Source: Oscillospiraceae bacterium (GTDB taxonomy: Bacteria > Bacillota > Clostridia > Oscillospirales > CAG-272). Taken from it: DNA of 64,000 nucleotides. Within the stretch, counting starts at the first letter, position 1. Each line of letters opens with the position of its first letter. Shown here piece by piece: positions 34,383 through 44,431 of the stretch. The position numbers and the translations under genes are program-made. Below the pieces are notes generated by a model. That model was not told the origin of the DNA, made no database searches, and saw nothing but the letters and a program-made list of their open reading frames with translations. The DNA lies in assembly GCA_015063685.1 (NCBI GenBank), contig SVTR01000008.1:1451-65450 (forward strand). Direction: 5' to 3'.

Positions 34383-37300
34383 ATGAAAACCCTACCGGAG
34401 ATACTTTACAAATACACCCCCGACAGGGACACTTACGATCTGCTCATGACGGCGGCGGACATAAAAGTCAGCGCGGAAAAGGAGCGGAGACTGCTACAGA
34501 TCAGCGCCGCCTTCCCCTATATCATTCCCAAGAGCACGCTGTACCGCATTGAGGAAGAGGTGCGCGTGGCTTACGGGCTTCAGTACGTCAAAATCCTCCC
34601 CCGATATGCGCCGGAGCTTTTTACCCGCGACTATATCCCGGAGCTTTTGCAGGAGACCGAGCGTGTGGGTGTGGTGGCTCGGGGCTTTTTCTCCCATTAC
34701 CGCGCGACCCTGGAAGAAAATCATCTGCTCATTGAGATCCCCTTCATCAAGGAAGGCGTCATGCTGCTGACCAATGCCCATACCCACGATATCATCAGTC
34801 GTATCATCTACAGTGAATTTGGCTTGACTGTGACGGTGGATATTCAGAACTCTGAAGATCTTCAGGACGTTGTCAGCGAGCGCATGCAGGAGCAACTGGC
34901 ATCCATGGACCGTGATCTTCAGGCGGCAGAGATGGCCTATGAACAGGGCTTGGCTGCCAGAAATCATACCCCCCGTGAGCCTGCGGCACCCGCCCCCAAG
35001 GAGGAGATCCTGCCCCGCGTGGCTACGCTATTTGAAAATGCGCCCGGAGTGTCCAATGAGGCCAAGCAGGAAAACGGCCTTTGCCACATTGGCTTCATGA
35101 CCTTCGATATTTCCGCTCCCGAATTTGCGTTGGGCGGGGAATTCGATATTGTGCCCACACCCCTGTCTGCCATTGACAAGCCCCAGAGAGGACTCGTGGT
35201 TTTGGGGGAGGTCTTTGGCTTTACCAAGGAGGCTAACCGGGCGGGAGATAAGTTCAATGTCACCTTCTCCCTCACCGACAACAGCGCCTCCATCGAGTGC
35301 CGTAGCTACGGCATGCTTCCTGAGGACGCGGACGAGCTTGGCGCCGTCATCAAAAACGGTGCAGTGCTTGCCATCAAGGGCTATACCAAGCGGGAGGTCA
35401 AGCGTGACCGCACCGAGGGGCCTGATCTTCTGTTCTACCACAACGCCGTGGCCAAGATCAAAAAGCTGGAGCGTAAGGACAACGCGGAGAAAAAGCGCGT
35501 AGAGCTCCATATCCATACCCAAATGTCCTCTATGGATGCCATCATTCCCCCCTCGGATCTGGTGAAGCAGGCCAACAAGTGGGGGCATCCCGCCGTGGCC
35601 ATTACCGACCACGGCAACGTCCAGGCCTATCAGGACGCCATGCTGACCGCTGAAAAGATCGGGCAGAAGGTGATCTGGGGCATGGAGGCCTACTTCGTCA
35701 ACAACACCGCGGGCGCCGTCTACGGAGATTGCCCCGGTGCCATTGATCAGGAGGCTGTGGTGTTTGATATCGAAACCACGGGTCTGTCGGTGCAGAACTG
35801 CCGCATTACCGAGATCGGTGCCGTCAAGATCAAGGATGGCGAGGTGATGGATCGCTTCAACATTTTCGTTGACCCCGAGGAGCCGATCCCCGAAGAGATC
35901 GTCAAGCTTACAGGCATCACTGACGAGATGGTGAAGGGTGCGCCCAAGGAGGCTGAGGCACTCCGTCAATTCTTTGATTTCGTAGGTAAGCGGGAGGATG
36001 GCGGCGAGATGCTGCTCATCGCCCACAATGCCGACTTCGATACGGGCTTTATCCGTGCCGCCGCTCTGCGTTCGGAGATGGCATTCAATAATCCCTATCT
36101 TGATACTCTGGCGCTGGCTCGCTTCCTCCTCCCCGACATGAAGAGCCACAAGCTGGACAAGGTGGCGGAGCGGTATGAGCTGGGGGATTTCAATCACCAC
36201 AGAGCCTGCGACGACGCCGAAATTCTGGCGCGAATCTATTTCTGTATGATCCGTGATCTGCACGACGCGGACGTGCGTACCTTTGACATGCTGACTCGTG
36301 AGATGGCGGAAAAGACCGATCCCTTGAAGCTCCCCACCTACCACCAGATCCTTTTGGTAAAGAATAAGGAGGGCTTGAAAAATCTCTATAAGTTGGTCTC
36401 CTTCAGCTATCTCAATTACTTCCGCAAGCAGCCCCGCATCCCCAAGACCGAGCTGGAAAAGCACCGTGAGGGTCTGATCGTGGGCTCGGCCTGCGAGGCG
36501 GGCGAGCTGATGCGGGCTATCATTGACAATAAGCCCGAGGCCGAGATCGAGGAGATCGCCAAGTTCTACGATTACCTGGAGATCCAGCCCATTGTGAACA
36601 ATCGCTTCCTCATTTCCGAGGGCAAGGCCAAGGACGATGAGGATCTCAAAAACCTCAACCGCCGCGTGGTGGCCCTGGGTGAGAAGCTGAATATCCCTGT
36701 GGTGGCCACCTGCGACGCTCACTTTATGAACCGCGAGGACGAGATTTACCGTCAGATCCTCATGGCCGGCCTGAAATTCAAGGATTACGACAGGGAAGTG
36801 GGGCTTTATTTCCGCACCACCGAGGAGATGCTCACGGAGTTCTCCTACTTGGGAGAAGAAAAGGCCTATGAGGTGGTGGTGGAGAACACCAACATGATCG
36901 CTGACATGATCGAAAATGACATCCGTCCCTTCCCCAAGGGCACCTTCAACCCCCACATGGACGGCGCGGACGAGGATCTGGAGCGCATCTGCTATGAAAC
37001 TGCCAAATCCCGCTACGGTGATCCTCTGCCCCACATCGTGCAGGACAGATTGGAGCGCGAGCTGCCCTCCATCATCAAAAACGGCTTTGCGGTGCTGTAT
37101 ATGATCGCCCAAAAGCTGGTGGCCTACTCTGAGTCTCAAGGCTATCTGGTGGGCTCCCGTGGTTCTGTGGGATCGTCGGTGGTCGCTAACCTGGCCGGCA
37201 TCTCTGAGGTAAACCCTCTGCCTCCTCACTACTGGTGCTCCAAGTGTAAATATTCTGATTTTGAGACCGCCAAGAAGCTGAACGTCTTCTCGGGCTTTGA

Positions 37301-38831
37301 CTTACCCGACGCCAACTGTCCCGTGTGCGGTGAAAAGCTGAACTACGACGGCCATGACATCCCCTTTGAGACCTTCCTTGGCTTCTACGGCGACAAGTCT
37401 CCCGATATCGACCTGAACTTCTCGGGCGAAGTGCAGGGACGGGTACATAAATATACCGAGGAGTTGTTCGGTGCGGAAAACGTGTTCCGCGCGGGCACCA
37501 TCGGTGCTTTGGCGGACAAGACCGCCTATGGCTTCGTCATGAAATACCTGGAGGGGAAGGGCATCAGCGTCAACCGTGCTGAGGTCAATCGCCTGACCTC
37601 CCATTGTGTAGGTGTCAAGCGCACCACGGGTCAGCATCCCGGCGGCATCGTGGTAGTGCCTAAGGAGTACGAAATTTACGATTTCTGTCCCGTCCAGCAC
37701 CCTGCCGACGATCCCAATTCGGATATTGTCACCACCCACTTTACCTTTGAATATCTCCACGATACCCTACTCAAGCTGGATGAGCTGGGACACGATATGC
37801 CCACCAAGTACAAATACTTGGAGAAGTATTCCGACACCTCGGTGTTGGACGTGCCCATGAACGACCGCTCCATTTACGACCTGTTCCTGGGTACCAAGCC
37901 CCTGGGCGCGTCTCCCGAGGAAATCGGCTGTCCCCTGGGCACCCTGGGTCTGCCTGAGCTGGGCACCAACTTCGTGGTGAAGATGCTGGAGGAATGTAAG
38001 CCCCAGACCTTCTCCGACCTGCTCCAAATCTCGGGTCTGTCCCACGGTACCGACGTGTGGACGAACAACGCCCAGGAATTGATTGCTGACGGGACCTGTA
38101 CCATTTCCGAGGTTATCGGTACCCGTGACGATATCATGCTGGCGCTGATCCGTTATGGGGTGGAAAAATCCCACGCCTTCAAGATCATGGAGATGGTGCG
38201 TAAGGGCAAGGGTCTGACCCCTGAGTTTGAAGCGGAGATGCGTGAGGCAGGTGTGCCTGACTGGTATATTGCCTCCTGTAAGAAGATCAAATACATGTTC
38301 CCCAAGGCTCACGCCGCGGCCTACGATATGTCAGCCATCCGTTTGGGATGGTACAAGGTACACATCCCCCTGGCTTTCTATTGCGCCATGTTTACGGTCA
38401 AGCCCCTGGGCTTTGACGGAGAGCTGGTCATGAAGGGCAAGGGCGCGGTGGCGGCCTATATCAAGGACATCAATGATCGCGCCAACAAGGGAGAGGCCTC
38501 CCCCAAGGAGCAGCAGAGCTTGCCCGTTTTGCAGCTTGTCAATGAGGCCTATGCCCGCGGCATCAAATTCCTTCCTGTGGATCTGGAAAAGTCCAGCGAC
38601 GTGGAGTATCTCCCCGAGGACGGCAAGATCCGTCTCCCCTTCTCGGCCTTGGCCGGTGTGGGTGAGAATGCCGCCGCCAACATCGCTGCCGCTCGTGCCG
38701 AGGAGCCCTTCTTCTCGGTGGAGGACCTCCAAAACCGCGCTAAACTCACCAAGGCCGTCGTCGAGACCCTCCGCGCAAATCACGTCCTTGACGGGGTCAA
38801 CGAGACGGATCAGATGACCATGCAGTTCTGA
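34383..38831 (+). CDS. polC: DNA polymerase III, PolC type
   Basis: A 1482-aa ORF with a PHP domain (VELHIHTQMSSMDA), a DnaQ-like exonuclease inserted (VVFDIETTGLS, HNADFDTGF, HRACDDA), and a polymerase core. Confidence 0.97.
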   Translation: MKTLPEILYKYTPDRDTYDLLMTAADIKVSAEKERRLLQISAAFPYIIPKSTLYRIEEEVRVAYGLQYVKILPRYAPELFTRDYIPELLQETERVGVVARGFFSHYRATLEENHLLIEIPFIKEGVMLLTNAHTHDIISRIIYSEFGLTVTVDIQNSEDLQDVVSERMQEQLASMDRDLQAAEMAYEQGLAARNHTPREPAAPAPKEEILPRVATLFENAPGVSNEAKQENGLCHIGFMTFDISAPEFALGGEFDIVPTPLSAIDKPQRGLVVLGEVFGFTKEANRAGDKFNVTFSLTDNSASIECRSYGMLPEDADELGAVIKNGAVLAIKGYTKREVKRDRTEGPDLLFYHNAVAKIKKLERKDNAEKKRVELHIHTQMSSMDAIIPPSDLVKQANKWGHPAVAITDHGNVQAYQDAMLTAEKIGQKVIWGMEAYFVNNTAGAVYGDCPGAIDQEAVVFDIETTGLSVQNCRITEIGAVKIKDGEVMDRFNIFVDPEEPIPEEIVKLTGITDEMVKGAPKEAEALRQFFDFVGKREDGGEMLLIAHNADFDTGFIRAAALRSEMAFNNPYLDTLALARFLLPDMKSHKLDKVAERYELGDFNHHRACDDAEILARIYFCMIRDLHDADVRTFDMLTREMAEKTDPLKLPTYHQILLVKNKEGLKNLYKLVSFSYLNYFRKQPRIPKTELEKHREGLIVGSACEAGELMRAIIDNKPEAEIEEIAKFYDYLEIQPIVNNRFLISEGKAKDDEDLKNLNRRVVALGEKLNIPVVATCDAHFMNREDEIYRQILMAGLKFKDYDREVGLYFRTTEEMLTEFSYLGEEKAYEVVVENTNMIADMIENDIRPFPKGTFNPHMDGADEDLERICYETAKSRYGDPLPHIVQDRLERELPSIIKNGFAVLYMIAQKLVAYSESQGYLVGSRGSVGSSVVANLAGISEVNPLPPHYWCSKCKYSDFETAKKLNVFSGFDLPDANCPVCGEKLNYDGHDIPFETFLGFYGDKSPDIDLNFSGEVQGRVHKYTEELFGAENVFRAGTIGALADKTAYGFVMKYLEGKGISVNRAEVNRLTSHCVGVKRTTGQHPGGIVVVPKEYEIYDFCPVQHPADDPNSDIVTTHFTFEYLHDTLLKLDELGHDMPTKYKYLEKYSDTSVLDVPMNDRSIYDLFLGTKPLGASPEEIGCPLGTLGLPELGTNFVVKMLEECKPQTFSDLLQISGLSHGTDVWTNNAQELIADGTCTISEVIGTRDDIMLALIRYGVEKSHAFKIMEMVRKGKGLTPEFEAEMREAGVPDWYIASCKKIKYMFPKAHAAAYDMSAIRLGWYKVHIPLAFYCAMFTVKPLGFDGELVMKGKGAVAAYIKDINDRANKGEASPKEQQSLPVLQLVNEAYARGIKFLPVDLEKSSDVEYLPEDGKIRLPFSALAGVGENAAANIAAARAEEPFFSVEDLQNRAKLTKAVVETLRANHVLDGVNETDQMTMQF

Positions 38832-38967
38832 TAAAGATACGGAGATACAAGATACAAAGATACAAGATACAAAGATACAAGATACAAAGATACAAAGATA
38901 CAAGATAGAACCCCTATCTCGTATCTTGTATCTGCCGAGCTTGCTCGGCGTGTATCTTGTATCTTAC
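38830..38967. repeat. K-family element: ~10 tandem GATACAA(A) units, inverted run and GCCGAGCTTGCTCGGC hairpin
   Basis: It starts on the polC stop codon. The hairpin is at 38934-38949. The element ends 18 nt before the next ATG. Confidence 0.85.
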
Positions 38968-38984
38968 CACGAAAGGAGTGCCCC

Positions 38985-39614
38985 ATGCACATTCCCACCT
39001 CCCCCACAACCTATATTGACGTTCTGCCTTTTGATGAGGCTTTGCAAGAAGGCCTTCGCCCCCATCCCGACTACGACGTGGCCAAATGGCTCTACGTCCC
39101 CAACCGCTACGACGAATACCGTTACATACTGGGCACGAGAGGGAAGCACCCTGTCATTTGTATCGGCATCAATCCCTCTACCGCCGCCCCTGACAACCTT
39201 GACCCCACCTTGAAGTCTGCCCAGCGGATCGCCCTTGCCAACGGGTACGATTCTTTCCTCATGTTCAACGTCTATGCCCAGCGTGCCACCCGCCCTGACG
39301 ATATGGAAAAGGCGCGCAACGAGTGGTTGCACAATGAAAACATGAAAGCCTTCCGCTATCTTTTATCCATCGCGGGAGAAAGGCCTGCCGTGTGGGCGGC
39401 CTGGGGCAGTATCATCGAAAAGCGGGGGTATCTCACCGATTGCGTCCGTGAGATGCTGGAGATCGGCCGTGAGGCGGATGCCGTATGGCTTCATGCGGGG
39501 CCTCTGTCGGTGAAGGGACATCCTCATCACCCGCTGTACTTGAAAAGCGACACTCCGCTGGAGATATTTGATACCGCCGCCTATCTCGATGGGCTGGCGA
39601 TTCTTCAAAAATGA
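38985..39614 (+). CDS. DUF1643 domain-containing protein
   Basis: VICIGINPSTAAPDNLDPTLKSAQRIALANGYDSFLMFNVYAQRATRP matches the DUF1643 pattern. Confidence 0.75.
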   Translation: MHIPTSPTTYIDVLPFDEALQEGLRPHPDYDVAKWLYVPNRYDEYRYILGTRGKHPVICIGINPSTAAPDNLDPTLKSAQRIALANGYDSFLMFNVYAQRATRPDDMEKARNEWLHNENMKAFRYLLSIAGERPAVWAAWGSIIEKRGYLTDCVREMLEIGREADAVWLHAGPLSVKGHPHHPLYLKSDTPLEIFDTAAYLDGLAILQK

Positions 39615-39660
39615 ATGCGGATAACTTCCAAAAATATCTCGTCTAAGAAGGTGCTTGCAT

Positions 39661-40362
39661 ATGAAACACATCACCGTTGCCACTTATAATATCCGACATG
39701 GACATGACGCGGGCTTCGACTGGAAGCAAATCGCGGAGATCGTGCATTGGTCGGGCGCGGATATCGTTGGCTTTCAGGAGGTCGATATGTATACCAACCG
39801 CATCGCGGGAAGGGATACCGTCGCAGGCCTTTCTGAAGCCTTGGGATTTTCATACAGCTTTTTTGTTCCTGCCATGGATTTCGACGGCGGACTGTACGGA
39901 ACGGCCATCTTGTCCCGTTTCCCCATGACGGCTTGTGAAAAGTACCCCTTGAACGCGGGAAAGTATGAGCCCCGCGCTTTCGGATGTGTCAATATTTCCC
40001 TCTGTGAAGGAGAAAATATTTGTTTTCTGAACACCCACCTCTCCTATGAATCCCGGGAACAGCAGACCATCCAGTTGGCAGAGTTGGCAGCTTATATGGA
40101 CAAGCAAATACCCGGGGACGTACCCGTCGTGCTGACGGGAGACTTTAACACGGAGGATTTTTCCATGTTTGAGCCTCTATGCGCCTTGGGCTACGGTCTC
40201 GTCAATAGTTATGCGCGCGTGTATAAAACCTTCCGCACAGAACCCTTAGCTATTGACAATATTCTGTACCGAAGAGCCTGTCTGATCCCAATAGCGCAGG
40301 GGATGATTGATAGCGATACGTCGGATCATAACCTCCTTTGGTGCCGCTTCGCTCTTTCCTGA
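39661..40362 (+). CDS. Endonuclease/exonuclease/phosphatase (EEP) family protein
   Basis: Carries VATYNIRHG, GFQEVD, LTGDFN and the C-terminal SDHNLL motif. Confidence 0.8.
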   Translation: MKHITVATYNIRHGHDAGFDWKQIAEIVHWSGADIVGFQEVDMYTNRIAGRDTVAGLSEALGFSYSFFVPAMDFDGGLYGTAILSRFPMTACEKYPLNAGKYEPRAFGCVNISLCEGENICFLNTHLSYESREQQTIQLAELAAYMDKQIPGDVPVVLTGDFNTEDFSMFEPLCALGYGLVNSYARVYKTFRTEPLAIDNILYRRACLIPIAQGMIDSDTSDHNLLWCRFALS

Positions 40363-40388
40363 GAAATTTCCCCGGAAAATGAATAAAC

Positions 40389-40416
40389 AAAAAGCCTTGA
40401 AATTCAAGGCTTTTTT
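40389..40416. terminator. Bidirectional terminator between the convergent EEP gene and ruvB
   Basis: AAAAAGCCTTGAAATTCAAGGCTTTTTT. Confidence 0.75.
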
Positions 40417-40432
40417 GCTTTAGGCATATTTT

Positions 40433-41530
40433 TTATTCTTCATCGAAAAACTGCAGTTGATCTCCGGGTGCTTGGGCGGGGACAGGGGGACGCATCCCCA
40501 AATGCTCGTAAGCCAGGCGGGTGACGCAACGGCCACGGGGGGTGCGCTGGATGAAGCCCAGCTGCATGAGGTAGGGCTCGTACACATCCTCGATGGTGAT
40601 GGCTTCCTCGCCGATGGTGGCCGCCAGGGTGTCCAGGCCCACGGGACCGCCGTTGTAGAACTTGATGATGGACTCCATCATGCGGCGGTCGGTGTTGTCC
40701 AGACCCAGCTCGTCGATCTCCAAGCGGTCAAGGGCGTAGCCTGCCGTGGCCGCGTCGATTTCGGTCTTGCGCTGAACCTGGGCGAAGTCACGGACACGCT
40801 TGAGAAGGCGGTTGGCGATACGGGGGGTACCGCGGGAGCGGGAGGCGATCTCGTAAGCGCCGTCATCCGAGATGGGAATGCCCAGAATGGCCGCGCTCCG
40901 CTTGACGATCAGGGCCAACTGCTCGGGGGTGTAAAGCTCCAGCTTGAGCAGTACGCCGAAACGGTCACGGAGAGGGGTGGTGAGCTGTCCCGCGCGGGTG
41001 GTGGCACCAATGAGGGTAAATTTGGGCAGATCAATGCGGATGGAGCGGGCAGAAGGACCCTTACCGATGATGATGTCCACAGCGTAGTCCTCCATGGCAG
41101 GGTAAAGGATCTCTTCCACGGTGCGGGGCATACGGTGGATCTCGTCGATAAACAGCACGTCGCCTTGGTTAAGGTTGGTGAGCAGCGCCACCAAGTCGCC
41201 GGGCTTTTCAATGGCTGGGCCCGAGGTAATGCGGATGCTCACCTCCATCTCGGCGGCGATGATGTTTGAGAGGGTGGTTTTACCCAAGCCGGGAGGGCCG
41301 TAGAGCAGGACATGATCCAAGGAATCCCCACGGAGCTTGGCGGCCTCGATATAGACCTTCAAGTTTTCCTTGGCTTTGTCCTGACCGATATAGTCCTCCA
41401 TGTGGCGAGGACGCAGGGAGACCTCAGCCTCGTCCGAGCCGGGGGTGTAGGCGGTGGAGACGATGCGGTTTTCAAAATCCATGTCGTCCCCGCCGTCAAA
41501 GCGGGAATCGTCAAAATAGGTTTCGTTCAT
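40433..41530 (-). CDS. ruvB: Holliday junction branch-migration helicase RuvB
   Basis: Carries [12 protein letters not shown], the Walker [12 protein letters not shown], and FIDEIHR. Confidence 0.96.
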   Translation of the reverse strand: MNETYFDDSRFDGGDDMDFENRIVSTAYTPGSDEAEVSLRPRHMEDYIGQDKAKENLKVYIEAAKLRGDSLDHVLLYGPPGLGKTTLSNIIAAEMEVSIRITSGPAIEKPGDLVALLTNLNQGDVLFIDEIHRMPRTVEEILYPAMEDYAVDIIIGKGPSARSIRIDLPKFTLIGATTRAGQLTTPLRDRFGVLLKLELYTPEQLALIVKRSAAILGIPISDDGAYEIASRSRGTPRIANRLLKRVRDFAQVQRKTEIDAATAGYALDRLEIDELGLDNTDRRMMESIIKFYNGGPVGLDTLAATIGEEAITIEDVYEPYLMQLGFIQRTPRGRCVTRLAYEHLGMRPPVPAQAPGDQLQFFDEE

Positions 41531-41546
41531 GATGATACCTTTCTGT

Positions 41547-43529
41547 TTATTTCTTCTTCGGCACGTTCATGCGGAAATCGAATCGACGCGGCACGTCGAT
41601 GTCGGCGTCCTCCAAGGTCTCGCCCCGAGCTGCCGCTCTCGCCTTCTGGATGGAAATATAGAGGGAGGTGAGGGAGATCTCGCCCTCTCGGATATCGGTA
41701 ACCGACAAGCCGCCGTCACGGTACAGCACAGCCTCGGCCTCGTCGACCTTGCTGAGACGGAGGAGGGCAACGCCATAGGTCATGGCCACACGGCCGTCGG
41801 CCTGTACGTTTTGAGGAGCGCTTTCGTAAGCCGCCAAAATTTCGTCGTAGAGCTTTGCGCGAAGTGCCAGCGCCATGGATTGACGGGCAAGGGAAACGTC
41901 CGAAGGACACAGTCTGTGGGCTTTGAGGGCGGTCTCGGCAGCAGCGGTGTCGTCTCCCCTGAGACGATAGATCTGCGCCTTGAGGAATAGCGCCGTGGGG
42001 GTAGGCTCGGCGCGGTAAGACAGAGCGTTATTAATGGCCTCCTCAGCATCGCGGATACGGCGCTCGGCCAGACAGATAGCCGCAAGATGCAGGCAGTTTT
42101 CGTGGGTGGGAGCGGCTTTTTCCAAAAGACTTGTCCACTCCTTTTGAAGCATCCAGGAGACGGGGGCTTCGGTCTGTCCCAAGACGGGCAAACGCTCCGA
42201 CTCCAAAAGGGTTGCCCACGGCGTCTCGGCCTCGGTGAGCTCGCCAAAATCAAGGTGAGGACACATGGGGGGCTGTTCAGTCTTTTCCCGACGGAGATTT
42301 TCCAGCGTTCCCCAAGCAGAGCCATGGCAGATGCGCTTCTTTGCGGGGGAGGTGGCCATGGGCTTGGTAGCGGTGAGCATGTCCTCCAGCTCGGCCATGG
42401 GAACGAGACCTTCCAGCTTTTCTCCCACCTCGGCGCGGGCGTCTGCCCAATCACCGTGAACCTTTTGGGGATCTGTCGTGATAGCACCGTAGGTCTCCAG
42501 CCATTCCCAAGCGGTTTTTGGGGGCATGGGGATGCACTCGTACTGGGTGTGCGCGAGCCCTGCCTGGATCTCTACGTAACGGCCGTCGTGACCGTCCTGC
42601 GTGAGAAACTCCTGCCAGCGCTTGCCGCCCTCGCCCTGTCCCCACACAAAGAGCTTGCGTCCCTGGAGGCGGGCGGTGGAGGACTGGACGAAGCCATAGC
42701 CCTCCTTGTCGATATAGGCGGTATATTTGCGGGAAGATTTTGGGATCTTCCAAAAATAGTCAATGGCGATGGGGTTATTTGATGGGTAGGTGATGTCGAT
42801 GCCATGATCCATGGGGACGGGATTCTTGCCCACCATACCGCCCTTGTTGTTGTAGGTCTCGGTGGCGTCGATGACATCCCGCGCCTCGGGATTTTCACGG
42901 ACGGCCATATTGGTCCACCAGTACATGGGCACCGTCTCACGGGTGGGGTTGACGATACGCATACGGCCGTACAGCACACGGGAGCTTTCGGGGAGGAAGA
43001 AATCCATCTGATAGACCGCACCGCGGATGCGCTCGTATTCGTACATACGAAGCACGGGGGTGCCGTCCTCCAATGCGGTCTCTACGGCGTGGATGGGGGA
43101 GCAGGTGAAGGGGTGGTGGCCGATCATGCCGCAGTTGAACTCGATGCCTCCTGCCAGCCAGGCGTTGCGGACGGCCAGATTACAGGGGCGTACCATGGGG
43201 TTGTTGTAAAGCAACTCACGCCCCGCCACCTTGTCATACAGTGACCAGAGACGGCCGCCCAGCTCGGGCAGGAAAAGGGCTTTTAAGTATTGATTTTCCA
43301 GTATGACACCTATATACTCGGTGGGGGTGTCGGCGCGGTCGTATAGATCCTGCATCTTATAGGGGAAGATGGAGGGCAGACCGCCGTAGCCCACGAATAA
43401 CTCGTCGTCCTCGTCCAGGCGGCTCTCGGCCAGGTGTTGGACATTGGACATCTCATAGAGGGAGGGCAGGGTGGATTCGCCGTTGAAATTGGCGGAGGGA
43501 AGGATGACGGAGTGAACGGTGAGGGACAT
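41547..43529 (-). CDS. DUF5107 domain protein with C-terminal TPR-like repeats
   Basis: [25 protein letters not shown]...[21 protein letters not shown] matches my recollection of DUF5107. The C-terminal third is helical and repeat-like. The start is trimmed to the ATG at 43529 after AAGGAGG. Confidence 0.7.
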   Translation of the reverse strand: MSLTVHSVILPSANFNGESTLPSLYEMSNVQHLAESRLDEDDELFVGYGGLPSIFPYKMQDLYDRADTPTEYIGVILENQYLKALFLPELGGRLWSLYDKVAGRELLYNNPMVRPCNLAVRNAWLAGGIEFNCGMIGHHPFTCSPIHAVETALEDGTPVLRMYEYERIRGAVYQMDFFLPESSRVLYGRMRIVNPTRETVPMYWWTNMAVRENPEARDVIDATETYNNKGGMVGKNPVPMDHGIDITYPSNNPIAIDYFWKIPKSSRKYTAYIDKEGYGFVQSSTARLQGRKLFVWGQGEGGKRWQEFLTQDGHDGRYVEIQAGLAHTQYECIPMPPKTAWEWLETYGAITTDPQKVHGDWADARAEVGEKLEGLVPMAELEDMLTATKPMATSPAKKRICHGSAWGTLENLRREKTEQPPMCPHLDFGELTEAETPWATLLESERLPVLGQTEAPVSWMLQKEWTSLLEKAAPTHENCLHLAAICLAERRIRDAEEAINNALSYRAEPTPTALFLKAQIYRLRGDDTAAAETALKAHRLCPSDVSLARQSMALALRAKLYDEILAAYESAPQNVQADGRVAMTYGVALLRLSKVDEAEAVLYRDGGLSVTDIREGEISLTSLYISIQKARAAARGETLEDADIDVPRRFDFRMNVPKKK

Positions 43530-43555
43530 AGTGGCCTCCTTGGATGGGGTGGAAA

Positions 43556-43618
43556 GTAAGATTGAGATACAAAGATACACGCCGAGCAAGCTCGGCAGAT
43601 ACGAGATAAAAGATAAGA
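43556..43618. repeat. K-family unit (AGATAC repeats flanking the GCCGAGCAAGCTCGGC hairpin)
   Basis: The hairpin is at 43581-43596. It has the same ~55-bp unit as 19027-19079 and, inverted, 38915-38967. Confidence 0.8.
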
Positions 43619-43631
43619 ACGCAATGAAACC

Positions 43632-44270
43632 TTACGCCTTCATGAGCTTTTTGAGGGCTTCCTTGATGATATCCTCCACCGACAGCTTGGTGACGTCGAT
43701 GGTCTTGAGGGCGTTTTGCGCCTCGGCACGGGTGAAGCCCAACACCAACAGGGCATCCTGTGCCTCGGAAAGCTTACCTCTGGGGGGCGCGTCGGGGGCA
43801 TCGGCGGAGTGATCCAGCACGGCGGTGGAAAGATCCTCGTCAATGGAGGTCTCCTTCATGAGCTTGTCGCGGAGCTCCAGGATGATGCGGGCGGCGGTTT
43901 TGGGGCCGATGCCACTGGCCTTGGAGATGGACTTTTTGTCCTCGGTGCAGACGGCCAGGGCGAACTTTTCGGGGGTCAAGAGAGACAGAATGGACATGGC
44001 CGCCTTGGGGCCAACGCCGGATACCGACAGAAGCATCTTGAAGGAGGACAGCTCCCGCTCGTCCCCAAAGCCAAACAGCTCGATGCCGTCCTCACGCACC
44101 GACAGATGGGTGTAGAGGGTGACCAGGGGCGGGCGATCTGCGGTGTGACGGGGAGGGAGTCCGCGATAGGTGTTTTCGCTGACGGTCATCTTATATGCGA
44201 CGCCCGACGCTTCTACCACCGCCATGGAGGGAGTGGCGTGAACCAGGGGACCTTTGATATAGTAAAACAT
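43632..44270 (-). CDS. ruvA: Holliday junction DNA helicase RuvA
   Basis: Carries MFYYIKG, VSGVGPKAAMSILS (HhH) and GIGPKTAARIILELRDK. Confidence 0.93.
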   Translation of the reverse strand: MFYYIKGPLVHATPSMAVVEASGVAYKMTVSENTYRGLPPRHTADRPPLVTLYTHLSVREDGIELFGFGDERELSSFKMLLSVSGVGPKAAMSILSLLTPEKFALAVCTEDKKSISKASGIGPKTAARIILELRDKLMKETSIDEDLSTAVLDHSADAPDAPPRGKLSEAQDALLVLGFTRAEAQNALKTIDVTKLSVEDIIKEALKKLMKA

Positions 44271-44431
44271 AGGCTTTCCTTTCTTTGGATCGGAAAATGA
44301 GGAAGAGGAATTTCGGTATCATAAAGATCAGGGGCGGGGACTGCGTGTCACCGCCCCCGAAGGGTTCTTTTGGTCACCGCTAAAAACTCTCTTTCAGTTC
44401 GCTCGCCAATAGAGTTTTTAGAGGTTTTCTT

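Noticed and set aside
38830-38910. Regularly spaced GATACAA(A) repeats considered as a CRISPR array or as coding for a repetitive peptide.
   Set aside because: The period is only 7-8 nt with no spacers, and no cas genes are present. The ORFs across it (38331-38903, 38810-39007) are antisense or repeat artefacts.
40362-40433. Convergence of a ~29-kb plus-strand gene block and a ~23-kb minus-strand block considered as a replication terminus with a dif site.
   Set aside because: There is no dif-like sequence near the junction as far as I remember the Firmicute consensus, only a bidirectional terminator. Gene orientation in the first 11 kb is mixed. GC skew cannot be computed reliably by eye.
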